DNA from: a virus
Taxonomy: Duplodnaviria; Caudoviricetes
IMG/VR virus record: IMGVR_UViG_3300033755_000092
Location: 1 to 31,432 of that record
DNA: 31,432 nt
Strand: one strand, 5' to 3'
Shown: positions 7,539 to 15,361 of the stretch, one piece after another
How the letters are laid out: every line of letters starts with the position of its first letter
Position numbering within the stretch: position 1 is the stretch's first letter
The notes under the pieces: model-generated
What the model was told of the DNA's origin: nothing
Database searches by the model: none
What the model saw: the letters and a program-made list of their open reading frames with translations, nothing else
Made by a program: the position numbers and the translations under genes

Positions 7539-7970
7539 ATGAGCAACGCAAAGTGGAAACCGCTGCCGGGTTTTCCGGTCTACGAGATCAACCGTTCCGG
7601 CTGGGTGCGCAATGCGCGCGGCTATATGCTTGCCAACGGCCAGGGCGCGATGCTTTCCACGAATGGGAAGACCGTGAGCCTTGGCCGCAAACGGCTGCTT
7701 GAGCTGGCCGCTGAGGCGTTTGCTCTGGAAACGCCGCGCGAGATCGTTCCGCTTACGATCCAGGAGCTTCCAGTTCCGGTCAAAGTCGCGGAGCCGAAGC
7801 CGGAAGTCCAGGCAATCACCAAGGAGCATGAGCCTTACGCCCATCCTCACGTGACCAGGGAGCGGCTGCGCCAGTGGATCGATCCTGAACACCAGCTGCC
7901 CCTGCGTGATCCCTGGGCGGACGGCAGCATCGAGGTCGAGTCGACGTGGGCGCTCCAGGGGGTGATGTGA
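7539..7970 (+). CDS. Hypothetical protein with N-terminal NUMOD4-like motif
   Basis: KWKPLPGFPVYEINRSGWVRN resembles NUMOD4; no HNH motif follows. Confidence 0.65.
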   Translation: MSNAKWKPLPGFPVYEINRSGWVRNARGYMLANGQGAMLSTNGKTVSLGRKRLLELAAEAFALETPREIVPLTIQELPVPVKVAEPKPEVQAITKEHEPYAHPHVTRERLRQWIDPEHQLPLRDPWADGSIEVESTWALQGVM

Positions 7971-8146
7971 TGAATCACGCTTACGCTGAACGCCCCCAGG
8001 CTGCGCCCACCGAATGCCCATGTCTCACCTGCCATGAACACGGCTCGTACTGCGCAGAGAGCTGCTCCCGGTTCGAGGCCTGGGAGCGCGCCGGGAAGCC
8101 TGGACGGACCGTCACGACTCAACTGGCCAAGCCGGAAGGAGAATGA
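7970..8146 (+). CDS. Small Cys-rich hypothetical protein
   Basis: TGATG-coupled start; CPCLTC...CAESC. Confidence 0.6.
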   Translation: MNHAYAERPQAAPTECPCLTCHEHGSYCAESCSRFEAWERAGKPGRTVTTQLAKPEGE

Positions 8147-8604
8147 CCATGGGCACCATCATGATCACCCCCGTGCAGATCAAGAAGATCCACGCCTTGA
8201 AAAACGCCATAGGCCTGGACGAGGACGCCTACCGCGACATGCTCGAAGATCGCTTCCGGGTGTCTTCCAGCAAAGGGCTGACCGGCAAGCAGGCCGCCGC
8301 GCTCATCGGCGACTGGGAGAAGAAGGCCGTGGCCTCCGGAGCCTGGAAGGTCCACCCCGGCCGCAAGAAGCACGAGGATCTTCGCACCCGCGCGGATGAC
8401 TTCGCCTCGCCCGCCCAGCTACGCATGGTCGAGGCCATGTGGGACCAGGTGGCCCGAGCGCCCCAGGCCGAGCGCGGCGCAGCCCTGGACAAGCTGGTGC
8501 TGCGCATCGTGAAGCGTGACAAGCTCAGGTTCGTCAAAAAGACCGACGTACCCTCGCTTGTGGCCGCTCTGGAGACCATGGGCGCTGAGAGGGAAAGCCG
8601 ATGA
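8143..8604 (+). CDS. gemA: GemA / DUF1018-like regulatory protein
   Basis: QIKKIHALKNAIGLDEDAYRDML...SSSKGLT...ASPAQLRMVEAMW; canonical position before Mor. Confidence 0.85.
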   Translation: MTMGTIMITPVQIKKIHALKNAIGLDEDAYRDMLEDRFRVSSSKGLTGKQAAALIGDWEKKAVASGAWKVHPGRKKHEDLRTRADDFASPAQLRMVEAMWDQVARAPQAERGAALDKLVLRIVKRDKLRFVKKTDVPSLVAALETMGAERESR

Positions 8605-8900
8605 ACATCCATCCGGAACTGCTGGCCATGGTCCAGCCGGAAGACCTGGCTGGAGATATGGCCCTGGTGGCCCAGGAATGCGGCCTGGAGACGGCCGTGC
8701 GGCTGTGGCTCGGGATGAAGGGAACCTCGGTCAGCGTGCCCAAGAACGCGCTCAACAAGGCGATCGAACGCTTCGTGCGCGAGCGCTACGACGGCCGCAA
8801 CGCCCCCTTGCTGGCCGTAAGTTGCGGGATAAGCGAGCGCCAAGTGTATGTGATCATGGAAAAGGCCCCCATCAAGAACGATCAGCATCGGTTGGTGTGA
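8601..8900 (+). CDS. mor: Mor/C-family transcription activator
   Basis: GLETAVRLWLGMKGTSVSVPK...YDGRNAPLLAVSCGISERQVYVI. Confidence 0.85.
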   Translation: MNIHPELLAMVQPEDLAGDMALVAQECGLETAVRLWLGMKGTSVSVPKNALNKAIERFVRERYDGRNAPLLAVSCGISERQVYVIMEKAPIKNDQHRLV

Positions 8901-8980
8901 GGCGAATATGTGTGACGCAGCCCCCTCCAACGACAACCAGGTCCTCGTCACCGTGGACCTCATGAACCTGGTTTCCAGAG

Positions 8981-9202
8981 CTAAGCAAATCTTTCCCATT
9001 CGCTCAGGTCAGTCGGCCCAGAAACGCTCGGGAAGCAGTCCCAGTCATAATGGCCGGTGGCCTGCATGTACACGGCATCTGCTGCTGCCTGAGGCGAAAG
9101 GAAGTGGCCAAGCCTTTCATCGTCCACACCAAGCCACCAGCCCCCCTGGTTATTGGGCACGATGAAGAAAACGCCTACGCGTGAACGGTAAATGTACGTC
9201 AT
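8981..9202 (-). CDS. Small hypothetical protein in opposite orientation (moron-like)
   Basis: MTYIYRSRVGVFFIVP...SPQAAADAVYMQATGHYDWD...PTDLSEW; AGAGGG upstream. Confidence 0.7.
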   Translation of the reverse strand: MTYIYRSRVGVFFIVPNNQGGWWLGVDDERLGHFLSPQAAADAVYMQATGHYDWDCFPSVSGPTDLSEWERFA

Positions 9203-9306
9203 GAGATTACCCCTCTTCACGATGATGAAGACGAAAGGATTGTGCGTGAACCTGCGCACGATGGCAATCACATCACGCATGAAAACTGCGCACTGGAGAA
9301 CGCATA

Positions 9307-9738
9307 ATGGCTGATCCCCGCAAGGCCGCCCTATATTTTTCCGTGAAATATACCTCCGGTCGGACGCGCTCGGTGTCGCTTTTTCCTGCCGCTGACTTCC
9401 CAGGTGGCCAGGGCGTCACGGATCGTTGCCGGTGTCGGGTCGGCAGGTCCTGGCACATGCCCGGCGGCCAGAAATATGCCTTCCTGACTGTGGACGAAGC
9501 CTGGGATCTGCTTCTCGGAAGGCAGGGCAGTCCGCAATCCGAACCAGAGCCTGATCTGCCCGTGGGGAGCTATGTGCGCGTGCCCAGCTCATTGCTGGCC
9601 GGGAAGCCGCAGTACACCCGGACCTTCACCAAATCCAGGCCATTCCAGGGAGTGGACGGCCGCTGGAGAGTGTTGTGCGCTTTTTTCGAGGAGCCAATTA
9701 TGGTCGAGGAAATTCTGGCCGTGGAAGTGAAAAAGTGA
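9307..9738 (+). CDS. Hypothetical protein
   Basis: 143-aa ORF with GGAG RBS. Confidence 0.7.
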   Translation: MADPRKAALYFSVKYTSGRTRSVSLFPAADFPGGQGVTDRCRCRVGRSWHMPGGQKYAFLTVDEAWDLLLGRQGSPQSEPEPDLPVGSYVRVPSSLLAGKPQYTRTFTKSRPFQGVDGRWRVLCAFFEEPIMVEEILAVEVKK

Positions 9739-9863
9739 TGTGCATGCTATTCAGCGCCGCTTGGCGCTTGTTTCTTTGGGGCGGCCACCTCCTGGGGGTG
9801 GCCGCTTTCTTCGGATGTCGGTATGAGACCATCCGCCAATGGTTCTCCAGGAGGTCCCCTTGA
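9738..9863 (+). CDS. Small hydrophobic peptide
   Basis: 41 aa; TGATG overlap upstream and TTGA overlap with the PLD start downstream. Confidence 0.4.
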   Translation: MCMLFSAAWRLFLWGGHLLGVAAFFGCRYETIRQWFSRRSP

Positions 9864-10447
9864 ACTCACGCAAAATGACCGTCACCGTCCTCCTTCTGCT
9901 CTCCCTGGCCATCCCGGCCAGCGCCGAGCCCATCCACATCCAGGACGCCGGGGGCAGCGTCAACTTCAGCCCGGACGGCGGCTGCACGGCCGCGCTGGCG
10001 GAGCGCATCGGGCAGGCGCGCAAAGAGATCCTGGTTGAGTGCTACAGCTTCACCTCCAGGCCCATCGCCCAGGCCCTGATCGAAGCCCACCAGCGTGGCG
10101 TGACCGTGCTTGTTATTTCAGACCCCACGAACCTCAACGGACGCGGCTCCATGACCGCCGAGCTTGAGGCAGCCGGGGTCACGGTGCTCTACGATACCGC
10201 ACACAAGATCGCCCACAACAAAGTGATGACCTTCGACGGGGTGGCCGTGGCCACCGGCAGTTTCAACTTCTCGGCTTCGGCCGAGCACGCCAACGCCGAG
10301 AACCTGCTCATCCTGGAGAACGCCGGGCTGGCCTCAATCTACGCCAGGCGATGGCATGAGCTTCGGGAATATGCTGTGCCGAGGGTGGAAGTGGTTCCCC
10401 GCAAGGTGCATGCCCGCGATCTTGCGCCGGAAGCCGGGAAGCCGTAG
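9860..10447 (+). CDS. Secreted phospholipase D-family (Nuc-like) nuclease
   Basis: Signal peptide (VLLLLSLAIPASA), single HxKxxxxD motif (HNKVMTFD) followed by TGSFNFS and NAENLLIL; AGGAGG before TTG 9860. Confidence 0.85.
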   Translation: MNSRKMTVTVLLLLSLAIPASAEPIHIQDAGGSVNFSPDGGCTAALAERIGQARKEILVECYSFTSRPIAQALIEAHQRGVTVLVISDPTNLNGRGSMTAELEAAGVTVLYDTAHKIAHNKVMTFDGVAVATGSFNFSASAEHANAENLLILENAGLASIYARRWHELREYAVPRVEVVPRKVHARDLAPEAGKP

Positions 10448-10479
10448 ATTGTCGGCATCATGATATCGGAGGGAGCACA

Positions 10480-10986
10480 ATGAAAAAGCATGCCCTGGCG
10501 CTTATTTTCACCATCCTGCTTGCTGTCCCGGCGGCAGCCCGGCCCGTCAACGACTTCACCGTCGAGGATGGCCAAGCCTCCTATCAGTTCGCCCTGGAGG
10601 ACACGGAGATGAAGCTCTTTTTCTTCAGCTATCAGAACCAGACCTGGTCGGATCAAAGAAGCAAGGTCTTCACCTACAAGCCGACCGGCCCCGCACCCGT
10701 GGACAGCCCGGTGGCGAGAGAGGAGATCGCCAAGGCCGTCAAGTGGTTGTTCACCAATGAAATGGCCCGCGTGGACTCCACGCATCCTGCGGAGCTGCCA
10801 TTTGGAATCAGCTGCTTCCCTGTCATCACCATCGCGGACGGGAAAGATCTGGAAGGGCTTGGGATTCGTTTCACGGTGGAGAGCGGGGCGATCCGGAAGG
10901 TGGAGGTGGCCAGCTGCATGACATGCCGGATGATGCCCGACCTCATCAAAGACTACGAGGCCAAGAAGCCCAAAGCCAAGAAGTGA
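10480..10986 (+). CDS. Secreted hypothetical protein
   Basis: Signal peptide MKKHALALIFTILLAVPAAA; GGAG RBS; C-terminal CxxC. Confidence 0.8.
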   Translation: MKKHALALIFTILLAVPAAARPVNDFTVEDGQASYQFALEDTEMKLFFFSYQNQTWSDQRSKVFTYKPTGPAPVDSPVAREEIAKAVKWLFTNEMARVDSTHPAELPFGISCFPVITIADGKDLEGLGIRFTVESGAIRKVEVASCMTCRMMPDLIKDYEAKKPKAKK

Positions 10987-11014
10987 TTTTCGAGAAGCGT
11001 TCGAATGAGGTTCG

Positions 11015-11048
11015 AAAGGGCGGCTCCCGACGGGGAGTCGCCCTTTTT
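11015..11048. terminator. Bidirectional intrinsic terminator
   Basis: AAAGGGCGGCTCCC-GACG-GGGAGTCGCCCTTT(TT) between convergent genes. Confidence 0.85.
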
Positions 11049-11575
11049 CATTTGATCTTGATCTGCTTGGCCAAGGCAGCCAGCCATTGCGCCAAGCGTT
11101 CTTCGCTGACGGGATCAAACCAGGGGCATGGCATGGTGATGTTCCAGTTTTTGAACCCAGGCACCGGCAACAAGCGCTTGGGCCGGTAGCGGCCGAAGCC
11201 GAAGACCTTGATGGCCTGGTCGCTGCTGGCGAAGCGCGTGCAGAGCCTGCGGCATCCGCATTCTTCATCGTGGCAGCGGGTCAGATCGTCAATCTCCTTC
11301 GGGAAGGTCGGGTGCAGGATCGTCCCCGTGGCCACGCCGTAGTGGATGGCGTGGCCACGGCAGAAGTGCAGCCCGGGCTCGGCCTCGGCGGCGTGCTCCA
11401 GGCAGAGAGGAGCATCGCAGGTCTTGCCCTTTCCAAGGGGAAAGTCGCAGAGCACCACCGCTTCGCGGGGGCAGTCGTCCACGCAACAGCGGGATGATTC
11501 TCTCCGACGGCCACGGAAGCAGAAAGTGATGGCGTAATCTGCTCCGTAGGGGATGTATTGGTCACACCCCATCAC
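11048..11575 (-). CDS. Cys/His-rich hypothetical protein (two putative metal-binding modules)
   Basis: LCDFPLGKGKTCDAPLCLEHA...HFCRGH and DLTRCHDEECGCRRLCTRF...CPWF; overlap-coupled to gpG. Confidence 0.75.
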   Translation of the reverse strand: MMGCDQYIPYGADYAITFCFRGRRRESSRCCVDDCPREAVVLCDFPLGKGKTCDAPLCLEHAAEAEPGLHFCRGHAIHYGVATGTILHPTFPKEIDDLTRCHDEECGCRRLCTRFASSDQAIKVFGFGRYRPKRLLPVPGFKNWNITMPCPWFDPVSEERLAQWLAALAKQIKIK

Positions 11576-12015
11576 AGCCCCTCGGTGAGGTAGTCCCCCA
11601 TGCGCCGCACGATCTTCTCCATGTCCTTCTCCTCGAGCTTCAGAAACGGCCTGGCCGAGATCTCCACCTTCCGGCCGCGCCCGGCCATGCCGCCGAGCTG
11701 CTGGATGGCGGCGTAGACCTTGTTCGTGCCAACCACGGCCTGCCGGTCGTCGTAGCTCTGGCTGATGGAGCTGGCCAGGCTGCCGGAGCGCTGGAGGATC
11801 ATGCCCGGCCAGTTGCCGGTCCTGGTGCGGTCCTTGACGGTGGCCGGGGCGAGGTCCTTCCAGCGGGGGCGGCCTTCCTGCTCGAAGTTCTCCTCCACGG
11901 CGTCGGCCATGATGCCGGCGGCCATGCGCATGGCCGGGGTCAGGTCGCGCGCCCGGGCCGAGAGGAGCGTCATGACCTCTCGAAACTGCTTGTCGTCCAC
12001 CTGGATCTCGATCAC
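11572..12015 (-). CDS. Phage virion morphogenesis protein (Mu gpG / P2 gpS-like)
   Basis: NFEQEGRPRWKDLAPAT...ILQRSGSLASSI...VGTNKVYAAIQQLGG...ARPFL. Confidence 0.9.
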   Translation of the reverse strand: MIEIQVDDKQFREVMTLLSARARDLTPAMRMAAGIMADAVEENFEQEGRPRWKDLAPATVKDRTRTGNWPGMILQRSGSLASSISQSYDDRQAVVGTNKVYAAIQQLGGMAGRGRKVEISARPFLKLEEKDMEKIVRRMGDYLTEGL

Positions 12016-12170
12016 TTGGCGGCTCCTTGGGCCACTCCGTAGGCGAGGGGCCTCAAGAGGAAGCCGAGCGTAGCGCCCAGGAACTTGGCCAGGCAGCGGG
12101 GAATGCCCAGATCGCGGCAGCGGCAGTAGATGTGGAGGGAGTTGAACCTGTGCTGGCGTTCACTTCGCAT
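12012..12170 (-). CDS. Small hypothetical protein downstream of MuF
   Basis: 52 aa (MRSERQHRFNSLHIYCRCRDLG...); GGAGGT RBS; GTGA overlap with gpG. Confidence 0.65.
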   Translation of the reverse strand: MRSERQHRFNSLHIYCRCRDLGIPRCLAKFLGATLGFLLRPLAYGVAQGAAK

Positions 12171-12210
12171 GTTGCCATCACCTCCAGGAGGAGTTATTGT
12201 TTTCGAAGCT

Positions 12211-12315
12211 AGCTGGCGAGGTCGAGATTCCCGGAGCGCCTGGGCGCTGAGAAGGGATGAAGGACCCCGGTAAAACCCATGTGATTTACCGCTCGGGTGA
12301 GACGCCTCGCCAGCT
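12211..12315 (-). ncRNA. Candidate multi-stem structured RNA
   Basis: Perfect 11-bp closing stem AGCTGGCGAGG/CCTCGCCAGCT enclosing CCCG/CGGG and three inner hairpins; fills most of the MuF 3' intergenic region. Confidence 0.55.
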
Positions 12316-12318
12316 TTC

Positions 12319-13692
12319 CTATTTCTTGCCGAAGAGCAGCTCACCCACCCGTTGTTTGTTCATGGCCTTGTCGTTGGCCTGCATCATGTTCCACAGAAGG
12401 CTGCCGTCCTGGTTCACCCTGGCCACCACCAAGAGATCGTTCTTACCCGTGAAAAGTCCGACGTAGCGTTCCCGGTAACCGTCCTCGTAGGCGGTCAGGT
12501 AGACCTCATATGGGTCCTCGAGCGTGGGCAGGATGAAGTTCGCGTAGCGTTCGCGGGCGTCGGCCGGATTTTCCACCAGGTGGGCGAGCAGCTCCGGTTT
12601 GAGGTAGACCTTGCTCACAGGCGTGGCCACCTCAAGGAGCGGTCGCTTGTCGAGGCCAAGAGCGCGGTTGAGGATGGTAGCCGCCTCTTCCCGGGTCTTG
12701 CCGCCATCCAGGAGTGCGGGGGCCGGCAGTCTGAGCTTGGCCGGGACGTCGCGCAGATCCGGACGTCCGTAGTCTTTCCAGGTCTTTTGGTTGGGTTGTA
12801 TTCTCACGCAAGGCTTGAACGAATCGGCGAAGGAAACGTCAAGGCAGTCCGGCAGGCCGCCGTTTGCATCGAAGAGCGGCCAGCTCTTGCCCGGGTTGTA
12901 TCCCCATCCGGGATCGGTGGCGATGCGACGCCCGGTGTTATCCGTGAACACCGCCGCCGAGGCGGTCTTGCCGCTCTTCGCGGAGACCGGCACCTCAACC
13001 TGGCTCAGGTGGTCCGCACCGCTCTCCACCGTGCGGCCCTTGGCCGTAACCGCCTCCCCGTCCATGGCCCGCACCCGGCAGCGGCAATTCCAGCCGTTTG
13101 GCGGGTAGAAGCTGCCCCAGAAGGGATCGTCGTATTTGAACGTTCTGCCGTGCAAAGCGCGGTGCGACGGCCTGGTCCTGGCGTCCAGCACGGCCACGTA
13201 CATCCAGAAGGGCTGCTCCTTGGCGTTGGCCAGTTGTTCCTGGTAGCGCCCGGCCATGTAAGCGGTCTGCATGTTGGTCTGGTAGATGGTGCGCAGACGG
13301 TACGGGCTGCCCAGCTGGGCGCGGCGCACCTCGCCGGTGCGCGGGTCCGTCACCTCCTGCTTGCCCCACCAACCCAGGGCTTGCAGGCGCGGGGTGAGGT
13401 TCTTCTGGAACTGGCGAAGCGTCAGGCCCTGGTCCAGGGACTTCTGGACTTCCTCCCGGATGGTGGAGAGCACGTCAAGCGTCATGGCCTTGGCCACGGT
13501 GAAGCTCTTGGCCTGGGCGTCTGCCAGCACCTCATGCCAGTCGAAAGAGATCGCGTAGCCTTTGGCCTTCAGGTAAGCCATAGCCCTCTCGGGCGGCAGG
13601 CCCAGGGCGTACTTGAGGTCCGGCAGCCCGGGCTTGCCGGGTGCGCCTGGTTTGTCCGGCTTGTCCGGGCCGTCCGGCTTAGGACCCGGCAT
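12319..13692 (-). CDS. MuF (gpF) minor head protein with C-terminal PBECR2-like nuclease extension
   Basis: MuF motifs (RLRTIYQTNMQTAYMAGRY, LDARTRPSH, YPPNGWNCRCRV) followed by about 150 aa containing H...RERY...ILPTLEDPYEVY...RERYVGLF...W...KQRVGELLF. Confidence 0.9.
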   Translation of the reverse strand: MPGPKPDGPDKPDKPGAPGKPGLPDLKYALGLPPERAMAYLKAKGYAISFDWHEVLADAQAKSFTVAKAMTLDVLSTIREEVQKSLDQGLTLRQFQKNLTPRLQALGWWGKQEVTDPRTGEVRRAQLGSPYRLRTIYQTNMQTAYMAGRYQEQLANAKEQPFWMYVAVLDARTRPSHRALHGRTFKYDDPFWGSFYPPNGWNCRCRVRAMDGEAVTAKGRTVESGADHLSQVEVPVSAKSGKTASAAVFTDNTGRRIATDPGWGYNPGKSWPLFDANGGLPDCLDVSFADSFKPCVRIQPNQKTWKDYGRPDLRDVPAKLRLPAPALLDGGKTREEAATILNRALGLDKRPLLEVATPVSKVYLKPELLAHLVENPADARERYANFILPTLEDPYEVYLTAYEDGYRERYVGLFTGKNDLLVVARVNQDGSLLWNMMQANDKAMNKQRVGELLFGKK

Positions 13693-15205
13693 GCAGCCGC
13701 CCCCAGACGTCGGCCAGGAAGATGGCCCGGGTCAGGTGCTCCTGGAAATCCTGGTCGTTCATATCGGGATAGGCCGCGCCCAGGCCGTCCAGGATGTCCT
13801 CCAAAGAGCCGCCGCCCTCGATCAGCTTTTGAACGGGCTTCAGAACGCCTTCCATCTCGGCCTGGAGTGCGGAGGGGTCCAGGGTCTGGGCGGCTTCGTC
13901 CAGCTTGGTCTGGTCCGGGAAGGTATGGGGCGCCGTTTCCTCGAAGTTCACCTGGGCAGGCGTGGCCAAGTCGTCAGGAACCGGCGAGGTGGGTTCGGGT
14001 GCGTCGGCCACCATTTCGAAATCGTCGTCGGCCAGATTGTAGACCCGTTTATAGTAGGATCTGGTGAACTTGATCTCGCCAATGTCAGTGAGAACTTTGT
14101 CCCGATCGGCTTGGGACTGATCGACGTCCTCTTCCTCATGGAGTTCGAACGACGGCTGCACCGCATTCCCGAAGTTGACCTCGCGGATCCATCCGATGAG
14201 GTCGTTGAATACTCGGGCCACGATCCGCTTGTCGCCATCCTTGATCTCGCCCCGCACCCGGTCATGCACCTGGGCGGCGGATAGGGAGCCGCCCTTGACG
14301 CTGGTGGTCAGGTTCTGGCCCAGGATGGCGATGGCGATGTCTTCGTCGCAGCTGAACTTGAGGTCCTTGAACAAGGCGGAGGTGCCGGATCTGCTGCCGG
14401 CCTCCTTGATCTCCACGCTGGAATCCTCAGGGATGACCAGCACGGCGTCCTGGATGGCCGCCTCCAGGGTGTCGGCGATATTCTGTATCTCGCGTTCCTC
14501 CATGCCCCGGGGATGCTTGCCCACCAGGTAGGGCATGCCGAACTTCTCCATGAAGGTGAGCCAAAAGCGCATGCCGCCCTTCTTGAACACCACGGGCCAG
14601 AACACCCGCGAGAGCACGCGCTCGCCGTACGGATCCTCATAGGTGGGGTTGTTGCGCGCCAGGAGGAACTTGCGCGGGGGCAACTCCTCGCCAAGCACCA
14701 GGTTCTGCTTGGTGCGCATCCTCAAATTGTTGTCCAGATCGAACACGAACCAGCGAGCCGGCTTGCTCACCACGTCCACCGGCACGAGGAGGCCTCCCAC
14801 CTTGCCCCAGAGGACTTCCAGGGGCTGGTAACCGTAGAGGGGCGCGTTCAGGATCTCGCCGATGATGCGGTCGATATCAAGATCCTCGAAGACTCCCTGG
14901 ATCAGCTTGGCCTGGCGGGAGTTGGCCTTCCCGCGCGCCACCTCCCATTCCAAGGCCTTCACGGCGGCCTTGCGTTGCTCCACGCATGCGCCGACCCGGC
15001 TGTCGGAGAGTAGCTCCTGGTACACCCGGAGGTCCTTGCCTTCACGGCGCAGAATGGGATCGGGGTCGGGCAGATACATGCCCAGGGCGTAAAAGTCGGG
15101 ACTGCGCTGCCGGGTGGCGATCTCACTGGTCAAGGAGGAACGTATGGTGGCCTCCTCGAATTTCATGAACTTGTCGGGTCCGAGCCAGAGTCCTTTTTTG
15201 GGCAT
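13679..15205 (-). CDS. Portal protein (Mu gp29 / DUF935-like)
   Basis: LPDPDPILR...FMEKFGMPYLVGKHP...ILGQNLTT...AAQVHDRVR. Confidence 0.92.
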   Translation of the reverse strand: MPKKGLWLGPDKFMKFEEATIRSSLTSEIATRQRSPDFYALGMYLPDPDPILRREGKDLRVYQELLSDSRVGACVEQRKAAVKALEWEVARGKANSRQAKLIQGVFEDLDIDRIIGEILNAPLYGYQPLEVLWGKVGGLLVPVDVVSKPARWFVFDLDNNLRMRTKQNLVLGEELPPRKFLLARNNPTYEDPYGERVLSRVFWPVVFKKGGMRFWLTFMEKFGMPYLVGKHPRGMEEREIQNIADTLEAAIQDAVLVIPEDSSVEIKEAGSRSGTSALFKDLKFSCDEDIAIAILGQNLTTSVKGGSLSAAQVHDRVRGEIKDGDKRIVARVFNDLIGWIREVNFGNAVQPSFELHEEEDVDQSQADRDKVLTDIGEIKFTRSYYKRVYNLADDDFEMVADAPEPTSPVPDDLATPAQVNFEETAPHTFPDQTKLDEAAQTLDPSALQAEMEGVLKPVQKLIEGGGSLEDILDGLGAAYPDMNDQDFQEHLTRAIFLADVWGRLHAGS

Positions 15206-15361
15206 GGGTGATTTCCCCTATGTGAGTCCGGGGGCAGTCCCCCGGTTTCGTTTAGACCGACGCAAACCCGTTCGAATGCCGTTCGAATTCGATCCTGGGG
15301 CCACGGGGCGCACGTCGTGTCGCAGGCGGTAGCCAGGACGCGTCCTGGGCGAATTTGGGCG

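Noticed and set aside
9222-9236. ATGATGAAGACGAAA as a third hammerhead core
   Set aside because: Lacks the conserved C of CUGAUGA, has no stem II pairing, and no supporting stems I/III.
12211-12315. tRNA gene
   Set aside because: The fold is cloverleaf-like but has no TTC T-loop or D-loop consensus, wrong arm sizes and no CCA end; kept only as an unknown structured RNA.
13620-13692. Short tandem repeat (PDKPDKPGAPGKPG) at the MuF N-terminus as a contingency locus
   Set aside because: Degenerate, in-frame Pro/Gly linker with no evidence of phase variation.
12352-14067. 571-aa plus-strand ORF and other long antisense ORFs (e.g. 23725-25236, 25875-27278, 20383-21390)
   Set aside because: Shadow ORFs of high-GC genes on the opposite strand, with no recognisable motifs.
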